DNA of 29,487 bases, taken from contig JAOARK010000551.1 in NCBI GenBank assembly GCA_025210575.1, positions 1 through 29,487 of the forward strand. The letters are read 5' to 3'. Every line of letters begins with the position of its first letter. Within the stretch, counting starts at the first letter, position 1. This stretch comes from Schleiferiaceae bacterium. GTDB taxonomy: Bacteria > Bacteroidota > Bacteroidia > Flavobacteriales > Schleiferiaceae. Under the pieces are notes generated by a model. It saw only the letters and a list, made by a program, of their open reading frames with translations, was not told where the DNA came from and made no database searches. Shown piece by piece: positions 1 to 7,487 of this stretch. The position numbers and the translations under genes are program-made.

Positions 1-387
1 GTATCATTGCATTCAGCCCAAGATGAAAAAAGAGACAAACTTATGCCCATTAATCAGAAAAACAATCTGGATGAATTAGCAGATAGCCTGAGGTATTGGT
101 ACGATACAACAGGCAGAAAGGTTACCTATGAATACGTGGTTTGGAAGGGAATTAATGATACCCTTGAAGACGCTGTAGCTTTGGTAAATTTCTGTAAAGT
201 GATTCCTTGTAAGGTGAATTTAATAGAGTATAACCCTATTGATGATGGACCTTACCAACAAGCTTCTACAAAAGCAATTGACCTCTACACGAGCGAATTA
301 GAACGAAACGGAATTACCGTGAACGTGAGAAGAAGCCGCGGAAAAGACATTGATGCTGCATGCGGTCAATTAGCAAACAAAACATAG
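1..387 (+). CDS. rlmN: 23S rRNA (adenine(2503)-C2)-methyltransferase RlmN, C-terminal part (truncated by window edge)
   Basis: Frame is open from base 1 (VSLHS...). It carries VTYEYV, KVNLIEYNP and the diagnostic C-terminal RRSRGKDIDAACGQL motif of radical-SAM RlmN. Confidence 0.95.
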   Translation, partial: VSLHSAQDEKRDKLMPINQKNNLDELADSLRYWYDTTGRKVTYEYVVWKGINDTLEDAVALVNFCKVIPCKVNLIEYNPIDDGPYQQASTKAIDLYTSELERNGITVNVRRSRGKDIDAACGQLANKT

Positions 388-472
388 TTATTAAGATACT
401 GTGTTAACAGTTTGAAATTTTAAAGAGGCAGATAATCCAAAACATTAGTATTTTCGGGTTAAACCCGATACT

Positions 473-2953
473 ATGAAGAGATTTTGGTTTTTCCTCTTTT
501 TCATTTCTTCCATTTTAATAAAAGCGCAAGAAGCCACCTCTAATGACAGTGTGGCCCTGCAGCCTTTTGCCGTTGCAAATCTTACTACAGCAGCCGAAGA
601 AACTGATGAAGCTTTACGTAAAGCCCGCGAAGCACTTGAAAAGAATGAACACGCTTCTTCTATTTACAAGCGATATGAACAGTCGCTGGAAAAAAACGTG
701 GACTTACGATCAGACACGGTTTATGAAAAGCTGGAGTTATATAATCTCTGGGCACTTACCGATATCAATAACAATTGGACGACCTATGAAAATGAGATTG
801 AGAAATACAAAAGAGAACTGAGCAAACTCTCAGAGGCGTACCAAGAAGGGTTATTAAAAACTACGAACTACTACGATCGATGGAAGCTGACAAAGGAAAC
901 AGAGGCTTCTGAGATTCCCGAGCCACTGCTAAACAGAATAGATGGAATGCTTTCTAATCTTAAGGTTAGCAATGTAAATCTCAAGGATTCTTTAAATAAC
1001 ATTCTTACCTATTTTGATATTGTAGCCCAAGAGCATAGTCACATCTTGAATATGAAACAGCGAATTCAAGATATTTCTGATGCTAAGAAGCTAAACATAT
1101 TTGCACGAGATTCACCACCACTGCGTGCAGCATTTAAAGGATCTGATGAAGAAGAGAACATAGCTGATCAACTTTCAGGAACCTTTAATGCCAGTTACGA
1201 GCGCACCCGAAATTATTTGGCAGACAATAAGGGTTCCGCTGAGGTTCATTTGTCGTTAACCATTGTTTTCATTCTTATCTTTTTCTATTTCCAACACATC
1301 TTTAAAAAGAACAATCCAGATGTATCAGGTTTTGATCAAAAGGCAGTTTACCTGATCAACAAACCTGTATGGGTGGGAATTATCTTAAGCATGTTTATAA
1401 GCTTTTGGGTATATCAAGATCCCCCAGTATACTTTGTAAACATTATTCTTTTCTGTGTTCTTATTTCATTCTTATTCGTTTTAAACGGATTAGTAGAGGG
1501 CAAAGTAAAGTACGTGTACTATTATACCGCTCTTCTTTACACCTTAGGATTCACTGAAAACTTTATGACCAGTTATCCATTGTCACAGAGGGTCATTGTT
1601 CTTATCCAATCCATTTTAGTTTTTGTAGGATTTTCATACTTAATGCTGAAAAGATCTCCAATTCAAAAGTCAAAGAATGACGCGTGGAGAAAAATTAGTA
1701 AAAGAATGTTTCCGGTCTATTTATTATTCTCTTTAGTAGCGATTTACGGAAACTTTACAGGAAGTCTTTTCCTTGCCAGAATTCTTACGAAGACTATGGT
1801 CATTACCATCACTGTAGGGCTAATGCTGGCGTTAATATTTAGCATAGTTAAGAGTTTGTTGGATTTATTGATGGTGAGTAATGCACGTAACTATGTCCGC
1901 TTGATTGCAAAGCAAGGGGATATGATCAAGCGAAAGGTGTTATTTTACCTTAAGCTATGGTTCTATTTCCTTTGGATCAGAACATTTCTTTCCCAGATAG
2001 GTCTCCGTTCGTACATAGCAGATAGCCTAACCACTTTTATGGAAGTGGGCCAAAACTTTGGTGATGTGTATTTAAGTGTGGGTCAAGTGGTAAATTTTAT
2101 AATTATCCTGATTATTTTCTCCATCATCGCCAATATTGTTAAAGATATTTTAGCTATCGAAATATTACCACGCCTTAATTTAAAGAAGGGCGTGCCGATG
2201 GCTGCTGGGCTTATGACACGATATACTGTGTTGGTACTTGGTTTTCTAATGGCCGTTGCTGCGGCTGGAATAAGTCTCGATAAATTAGGGTTTATAGCTG
2301 GAGCACTCGGTGTGGGTATTGGATTTGGATTACAAAATGTAGTTGGGAATTTTGTTTCTGGTTTAATCTTGATATTCGAACGACCTGTTCGTGTTGACGA
2401 TGTAATTTCATCTGGAACTGTTGAAGGTACCATTGTAGAAATAGGAATCCGCGCAAGCCGGATTAGAGATTGGGATGGTGCAGAAGTAATCGTTCCAAAT
2501 ATGGAATTGATCTCTCAACAAGTAACCAATTGGACTTTATCTGACTCTAAACGAAGAAGAGAGCTATTTATAAAAGTGGAATACGGTACAGATCCTAATA
2601 AGGTCATGGAAATTATCAAAGAGGTGATCAAGGGGCACGAAGGTGTTATTCAAGATCCAGAGCCCATGGTCTTGTTCCTTGGATTTAAAGAATTCTCAGC
2701 CGATTTTAGAATACTCTTTTGGGTAACAGAGAACATGTTGTCTACTACCAGTGATGTAGCTGTGGGTATATACAATGCGCTTAAAGAAAATGGTATAAGC
2801 ATTCCTATTCCGAAACGTGAGGTGATCGAGAAAAAAGACGAAGCAAAACCGCGTAAGAAGAGCACAGCGAAAAAGAAGGCAGTAAAAAAGACGCATAGTT
2901 CGGTTGAATCCAAAAAGGATGAAGAAGCAGATTCATCTACTGAAAAGAAATAA
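473..2953 (+). CDS. Large MscS-family mechanosensitive channel (MscK-like architecture)
   Basis: 826 aa: signal peptide, ~220-aa helical soluble region, many hydrophobic TM segments, then the MscS core GALGVGIGFGLQNVVGNFVSGLILIFERPVRVDD...G.IVEIGIRAS...IVPN, and a Lys-rich tail. Confidence 0.92.
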   Translation: MKRFWFFLFFISSILIKAQEATSNDSVALQPFAVANLTTAAEETDEALRKAREALEKNEHASSIYKRYEQSLEKNVDLRSDTVYEKLELYNLWALTDINNNWTTYENEIEKYKRELSKLSEAYQEGLLKTTNYYDRWKLTKETEASEIPEPLLNRIDGMLSNLKVSNVNLKDSLNNILTYFDIVAQEHSHILNMKQRIQDISDAKKLNIFARDSPPLRAAFKGSDEEENIADQLSGTFNASYERTRNYLADNKGSAEVHLSLTIVFILIFFYFQHIFKKNNPDVSGFDQKAVYLINKPVWVGIILSMFISFWVYQDPPVYFVNIILFCVLISFLFVLNGLVEGKVKYVYYYTALLYTLGFTENFMTSYPLSQRVIVLIQSILVFVGFSYLMLKRSPIQKSKNDAWRKISKRMFPVYLLFSLVAIYGNFTGSLFLARILTKTMVITITVGLMLALIFSIVKSLLDLLMVSNARNYVRLIAKQGDMIKRKVLFYLKLWFYFLWIRTFLSQIGLRSYIADSLTTFMEVGQNFGDVYLSVGQVVNFIIILIIFSIIANIVKDILAIEILPRLNLKKGVPMAAGLMTRYTVLVLGFLMAVAAAGISLDKLGFIAGALGVGIGFGLQNVVGNFVSGLILIFERPVRVDDVISSGTVEGTIVEIGIRASRIRDWDGAEVIVPNMELISQQVTNWTLSDSKRRRELFIKVEYGTDPNKVMEIIKEVIKGHEGVIQDPEPMVLFLGFKEFSADFRILFWVTENMLSTTSDVAVGIYNALKENGISIPIPKREVIEKKDEAKPRKKSTAKKKAVKKTHSSVESKKDEEADSSTEKK

Positions 2954-2954
2954 T

Positions 2955-4097
2955 ATGAATTCTCAAAAACATCTGTTTAGTTTACCGGATGACATTCATT
3001 ACTTGAATTGTGCCTATAAGGCTCCGCTTTTGAAATCTGCTGAGGAAGCCGGAATAAAAGCTCTTCAACGAGGTCGAAATCCAATACAAATTAAGGTTGA
3101 GGATTTCTTTGAGCCAACCCATCAGGTGCGAAAAGAGTTTGGCAAGCTGATTGGCGCTAAGCCTTCGTCCATAGCTATTATTCCTTCAACCTCTTTTGGA
3201 TTTAGTTCAGTGTTGAACAATGTAAGTGGTAAAGAAAAAGGCCATGCAGTCACCAACCTCAATGAGTTTCCAAGTGGGTATTATTGCTTAGAGCGCTGGT
3301 GTAAAGATCAAGATCAAAGTCTGGTTGTAGCAGCACCAACAGGTGCCTCAAATTCTATTGCAAATTGGAACCAAGAATTGTTAGAAGCAATAAATCAAGA
3401 TACTTCTGTTGTTCTCATTTCTTCAGTGCATTGGATGAATGGTTATCGTTTTGATCTCGAAGCTATAGGTAAACGATGTGAAGAGGTTGGAGCTGTTTTC
3501 ATTGTAGACGGAACACAGTCTGTAGGTGCCATGCCCATTAATGTTGAAGAATGCAAGATTCATGCTTTAGTATGCGCGAGTTACAAATGGTTATTTGGCC
3601 CCTATTCTATGGGCTTGATGTATGTGCATGAAAAGTTTCATGATGGTGTGCCTTTGGAAGAATCATGGATGAATAGAGTCAATGCTCAAAATTTTGAAAC
3701 CTTAACTCAATATACCTCGGATTATACCGAAGGGGCAGGGCGATACAATGTTGGTGAAACCAGTCATTTTGTGCTTACACCCATTTTGTTAGAAGGCTTA
3801 AAACAAGTCAATACTTGGATTCCTCAATTTATTCAAGATTATGGGGAAGAGCTAAGTAAGCCATTATTCAGTTATTTGGATCATTTAGGAGTTGAAACCA
3901 ACTCTGAATTGTTTTCGAATCATTTATTCTCTTTGAAGCTGCCGGAGCAAATAGAGCAAGAGCAATTCAAATCGAGACTTCTTGAGAGAAAGATCTACTT
4001 GTCGGTAAGAGGAGATGCTCTGCGTGTTTCCTTGCACACTTTCAATAATTCGAATGATATTGATCAATTGATTCAGGCAATTAAAGATTCGATCTAA
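2955..4097 (+). CDS. PLP-dependent aminotransferase class V family enzyme
   Basis: YLNCAYKAP at the N-terminus, FIVDGTQSVGA (PLP-contacting D-x-x-Q), ASYKWLFGP (Schiff-base Lys) and LRVS. Start moved from 2904 to the ATG at 2955, 1 nt after the upstream stop (TAA-T-ATG). Confidence 0.88.
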   Translation: MNSQKHLFSLPDDIHYLNCAYKAPLLKSAEEAGIKALQRGRNPIQIKVEDFFEPTHQVRKEFGKLIGAKPSSIAIIPSTSFGFSSVLNNVSGKEKGHAVTNLNEFPSGYYCLERWCKDQDQSLVVAAPTGASNSIANWNQELLEAINQDTSVVLISSVHWMNGYRFDLEAIGKRCEEVGAVFIVDGTQSVGAMPINVEECKIHALVCASYKWLFGPYSMGLMYVHEKFHDGVPLEESWMNRVNAQNFETLTQYTSDYTEGAGRYNVGETSHFVLTPILLEGLKQVNTWIPQFIQDYGEELSKPLFSYLDHLGVETNSELFSNHLFSLKLPEQIEQEQFKSRLLERKIYLSVRGDALRVSLHTFNNSNDIDQLIQAIKDSI

Positions 4098-4177
4098 TGC
4101 TAAAGAAAAATGATTTTGTGCGCCTTTGTGCTGATGATTTTGAAAAAATCATGATTGATGATATCAAAGTAACATGA
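4097..4177 (+). CDS. Candidate small ORF, 26 aa (MLKKNDFVRLCADDFEKIMIDDIKVT)
   Basis: Its ATG overlaps the upstream stop (TAATG at 4095-4099) and its TGA overlaps the downstream ATG (ATGA at 4174-4177). It fills the gap exactly. No homology recognised. Confidence 0.4.
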   Translation: MLKKNDFVRLCADDFEKIMIDDIKVT

Positions 4178-4743
4178 TTGTTGAACTGCTCATTTATTAT
4201 CTCGTTTTCAATCTCTGTGTGGGCATCTTTCTGATGGTTCCTTATTACTTCTATTTCGAGAAAAATATTGAAGACAAAAAAGAGTTCCTTTTGCTGGTTA
4301 CTTTCCCGACAGTTGGGTTAGGACGTTTTTTATATGGCAGGGCAAGTAGGGCAGGGAATAAAGAAATCTTACCTATAAAATGGTATGTCTGGGATAAAAT
4401 GAGAATTGTGAATATCGCCTTATTAATCGTGGTATTTATTGTAATGGTTCGTTTTCTCTTAGAGGCTTCGGGTGTTATTGGTTCTGGAGTAGATTGGGCA
4501 AGTGAACAAGACAATCAGAATGCATTGGGCTTTGGGATACTCATGGATATGGGTATAGGCGTTGCCTGGTTTTTAATCTCGATAATCTTTGGGCTTGTAT
4601 ATATTGTAATAGCCTTATTGGTCATAATAATTCCTAGAGGTATAGCAGGAACAATAAAGACCAGTTATCTCATTGAGCAAAAAAGGAAATTGAAATCTGA
4701 ATTGGAGCAAGAAAATCCTAAAGCAAGCTCAAACCCTCAATAA
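4174..4743 (+). CDS. Hypothetical integral membrane protein (about 3-4 TM segments)
   Basis: 189-aa ORF with several long hydrophobic stretches and a charged C-terminal tail. No family recognised. Confidence 0.75.
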   Translation: MIVELLIYYLVFNLCVGIFLMVPYYFYFEKNIEDKKEFLLLVTFPTVGLGRFLYGRASRAGNKEILPIKWYVWDKMRIVNIALLIVVFIVMVRFLLEASGVIGSGVDWASEQDNQNALGFGILMDMGIGVAWFLISIIFGLVYIVIALLVIIIPRGIAGTIKTSYLIEQKRKLKSELEQENPKASSNPQ

Positions 4744-5338
4744 TTGCAAAGGCCCAACCATAAAATTTAATAAACCGTGCTAACGACAAGAAGAAATAGG
4801 TCTTAAAAGGAAATCCTACAATTCCTGCAATCATAGCAACAGTAGGAAAGGAAATTGGTGAAACCGTGGAAACAACTATCAGCAAACCTCCAAATCGTTT
4901 TAGCGTATCAAACTGCTTTTTGTATTTCTCGTCTACCCATTTCTTAATTTTCGGAAAACTATGCAACCAACGCCCAATGAAGAAGGAAATGACTCCACCT
5001 AGAATAGACATGAGCGAAAGCGTAAACACCATTAAGTAAGGGCTTTCGAATTTAGCAGCCCAAAAAATGAATATGGGAGGGGGAACCAAACCGATACAGA
5101 TCTCTGAAAGCAGAAGCATTAAATGAACCGGAATTGGGTTGAAGTGTTCTTTTAAATACTGTGCATCTTGTTCAGGGTGAAAAATATCCAGCTTTTTTAA
5201 TAGGATAATCAGGCCCACAATAACAACGGTACCTATGATGATCTTAACCGCATTTTCTTTAATGAGGCTGTATGCACCTTTACGTCTGTAATAAACGTGG
5301 TACACATGGGTTCTATCTATAAGCTTCTTCAGTGGCAT
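4718..5338 (-). CDS. DedA/VTT (SNARE-associated, YqaA-like) membrane protein
   Basis: LLLSEICIGLVPPPIFI, GGVISFFIGRWL, FKRFGG-like segment, SPISFP..AMIAG, LARFIKF pattern typical of the DedA/VTT fold. Confidence 0.75.
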   Translation of the reverse strand: MPLKKLIDRTHVYHVYYRRKGAYSLIKENAVKIIIGTVVIVGLIILLKKLDIFHPEQDAQYLKEHFNPIPVHLMLLLSEICIGLVPPPIFIFWAAKFESPYLMVFTLSLMSILGGVISFFIGRWLHSFPKIKKWVDEKYKKQFDTLKRFGGLLIVVSTVSPISFPTVAMIAGIVGFPFKTYFFLSLARFIKFYGWAFAIIEGLSLL

Positions 5339-5343
5339 TGCAA

Positions 5344-5351
5344 CAAATGTA
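5344..5351 (-). promoter_or_regulatory. Bacteroidota sigmaA -7 box TACATTTG for the DedA/YqaA gene
   Basis: Perfect TAnnTTTG on the minus strand, 5 nt upstream of the ATG at 5338. No clear -33 TTTG. Confidence 0.55.
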
Positions 5352-5399
5352 AGTATTGAATTGAGCTGGTGATAGTATGCACCTTAAATCTATAAGACT

Positions 5400-6536
5400 T
5401 TATTTTTTCTTATCCCTTAACTTCATAATGGGTAGTTCAAAATACTTATACAATAAAATGGCACCACCAAAAGTGAGTGTAAAGAATAGTATCAGTTGGA
5501 CAAACGACAATATCCCTAATGGCCAATGGCCTGGTAATAGCTTACTCAAGTTGTAAACTACAATGTCTTGTACCAAGGCAAGATTGATTAAATACGCAGA
5601 ATAGGAAGTCAGACTGATATACGTAATTATCTTAAATAAAACTCCTTTTCCATGTTTAATATCATTTAAGTAGGGAAGAATCAGGGCCACTCCTAAAGCG
5701 ATGACCAAAGGGCTGGCGACTCCCCACGACATCGGTAGAACTTGGTCTTTAAAGAAGTAATATATTATCAGGAAAATGAGCCCTACTAAAAACATGAGCT
5801 TCTGTTTTTGCTTCCAAAATATGGGTTTATAGAATTGAAGGCAGGCTGCCAGAACACCTATCATTAAACCATCTAAACGTGTTTGAATTTGCATGCGAAT
5901 AAGGCTTCCATAACGGGTAAGGTCCATAGGGAATGGATAAGAAGCGGCATATTGACCAACTCTTGCCCAAAGACTTAAAAAAATAAGTGTACTCGCAACC
6001 AAGATCATACTGTGTTTTAGTTTTAGCTTAAGATATTTGATGCAAATTAGAAGGCCAATAGGAGTAATGAGGTAGAACCACTCTTCAATACTCAAACTCC
6101 ATGATTCTCCAAAAAACCAAGGTTGAGGCGTTCCTAAATTCTGGATAAAGAAAAAGTACTTCCAATAGGCTATCCCTTCAAAATCGCGAAATAGTAAAAA
6201 GTAGATGACCAGAATGCTTAGAATTAAGAAGTAATTGGGAAGTGTACGTAGCCATCTTCTTTTCCAAAAATTCCAAAGTATTTGCGTATTGAGTTTTTGT
6301 TCCTTTTCTAGAATTTTAATTAAGATGCCACCAATCAAAAATCCACTGAGGGTGAAGAAAATGGAGACTCCATCATACATCCCTCTTCTTAAGTATTGAA
6401 TGGGTATAAGGTGCTCTAGATAGGTTAATGAGTGCGCATATATAACAAACCAAATGGCCAATGCTCTAATAATGTCTAGACCATAAATACGCTTCGGGTC
6501 TATCTCGAGTTTAAATATGTTCTTTAAGCTTTTCAA
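5400..6536 (-). CDS. Acyltransferase family 3 (OafA-like membrane O-acyltransferase, no fused SGNH domain)
   Basis: IYGLDIIRALA...H, GVSIFFTLSGFLI, FWKRRWLRTLP, WSLSIEEWFY and SYSAYL motifs; about 10 TM segments; TTG start. Confidence 0.9.
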   Translation of the reverse strand: MKSLKNIFKLEIDPKRIYGLDIIRALAIWFVIYAHSLTYLEHLIPIQYLRRGMYDGVSIFFTLSGFLIGGILIKILEKEQKLNTQILWNFWKRRWLRTLPNYFLILSILVIYFLLFRDFEGIAYWKYFFFIQNLGTPQPWFFGESWSLSIEEWFYLITPIGLLICIKYLKLKLKHSMILVASTLIFLSLWARVGQYAASYPFPMDLTRYGSLIRMQIQTRLDGLMIGVLAACLQFYKPIFWKQKQKLMFLVGLIFLIIYYFFKDQVLPMSWGVASPLVIALGVALILPYLNDIKHGKGVLFKIITYISLTSYSAYLINLALVQDIVVYNLSKLLPGHWPLGILSFVQLILFFTLTFGGAILLYKYFELPIMKLRDKKK

Positions 6537-6575
6537 GAAGGGATGAAAAGTAAACTTTCTTCTAAATATCTAATC

Positions 6576-6607
6576 AAAAAAAACGGCTGTGTATCATTAC
6601 ACAGCCG
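6576..6607 (-). terminator. Intrinsic terminator after the beta-barrel gene
   Basis: 10-bp perfect stem CGGCTGTGTA/TACACAGCCG, 4-nt loop, followed by 8 T on the minus strand, just downstream of the stop at 6630. Confidence 0.85.
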
Positions 6608-6629
6608 CCTCATTAAAGTTTGTTTATTG

Positions 6630-7322
6630 TCAGAATCGGTAACCAACGGTAAAACCTCCTCTGGAGTCAAGCCTGTTTACAACATTAACAGCCTGATTGT
6701 AAATATTGTTCGTTGGGTCTGTTGAAGGAACAAAATTTGGATCTTTTGTTTCAGAATATACAATGCTGTATCCAACACCAGCCCATAGAGTCAAGGTTAT
6801 TCCATTATCAAAGGCCCAGCCGTAGCCACCAGTTGCCCCAGGAGCTATACCAAAAGTGCTTAAATCATAGTTTACTAGTTCATCATCAGAATTGAATCCA
6901 AAGTATGGTTTACCATCTGTAGTCAACGATCTAATATTTAAGTATCCCCCTAAGAACCAACCGTCATTGTCATTATTTGGATTGAAGTAATGTCTAAACT
7001 CTGGGGCTATTGAAAATCCTTGAGAAACAACGTTTGTGATAATGGGAACTCCTGTATTGGGGTCGAATGTGCTGTAATCACTAGTTACTCTAGAATATGC
7101 AAATTCTAGAAATAAAGACTTTGATTCAGATAAATGAGCCGCACCTATCACATTGTAGTTTCCGAATAGGTAGCCAAGTGGGTTGATTCCAACTTCATAC
7201 TTAGGACCTTTTCGTCTTCTTCTCCTTCTGCGTCTGTCGTCATCATCATCGGTTCCGAAGGCACTTACATCAAAAAAACTGAATAGCATTAGCGCTAATA
7301 AGAATAAGGGTAATTTTCTCAT
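6630..7322 (-). CDS. Outer-membrane beta-barrel protein (DUF3575-like)
   Basis: Signal peptide MRKLPLFLLALMLFSFFDVSA, EVGINPLGYLFG, GFSIAPEFRHYF, alternating beta-strand pattern and C-terminal beta-signal FTVGYRF. Start placed at 7322 because the 7346 start lies inside the promoter box. Confidence 0.75.
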   Translation of the reverse strand: MRKLPLFLLALMLFSFFDVSAFGTDDDDDRRRRRRRRKGPKYEVGINPLGYLFGNYNVIGAAHLSESKSLFLEFAYSRVTSDYSTFDPNTGVPIITNVVSQGFSIAPEFRHYFNPNNDNDGWFLGGYLNIRSLTTDGKPYFGFNSDDELVNYDLSTFGIAPGATGGYGWAFDNGITLTLWAGVGYSIVYSETKDPNFVPSTDPTNNIYNQAVNVVNRLDSRGGFTVGYRF

Positions 7323-7343
7323 TGTAGTTAGATTTATTTTTCT

Positions 7344-7375
7344 CAAATGTAAATTCTAACAGAGTGTTAGACAAA
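7344..7375 (-). promoter_or_regulatory. Bacteroidota sigmaA promoter TTTG-N20-TACATTTG
   Basis: -33 TTTG at 7375-7372 and -7 TACATTTG at 7351-7344 with a 20-nt spacer, matching the TTTG-N19-21-TAnnTTTG consensus, 21 nt upstream of the ATG at 7322. Confidence 0.75.
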
Positions 7376-7487
7376 TTTTAAAATATGATTTTTATAAACA
7401 TTTAAAAGCGAATAACTTGTGTGAGAAAAGTGAGAAATATCATGGGGTAAAACACTTAATTTGAAGTGGATTTAAACCTTTTCCTGA

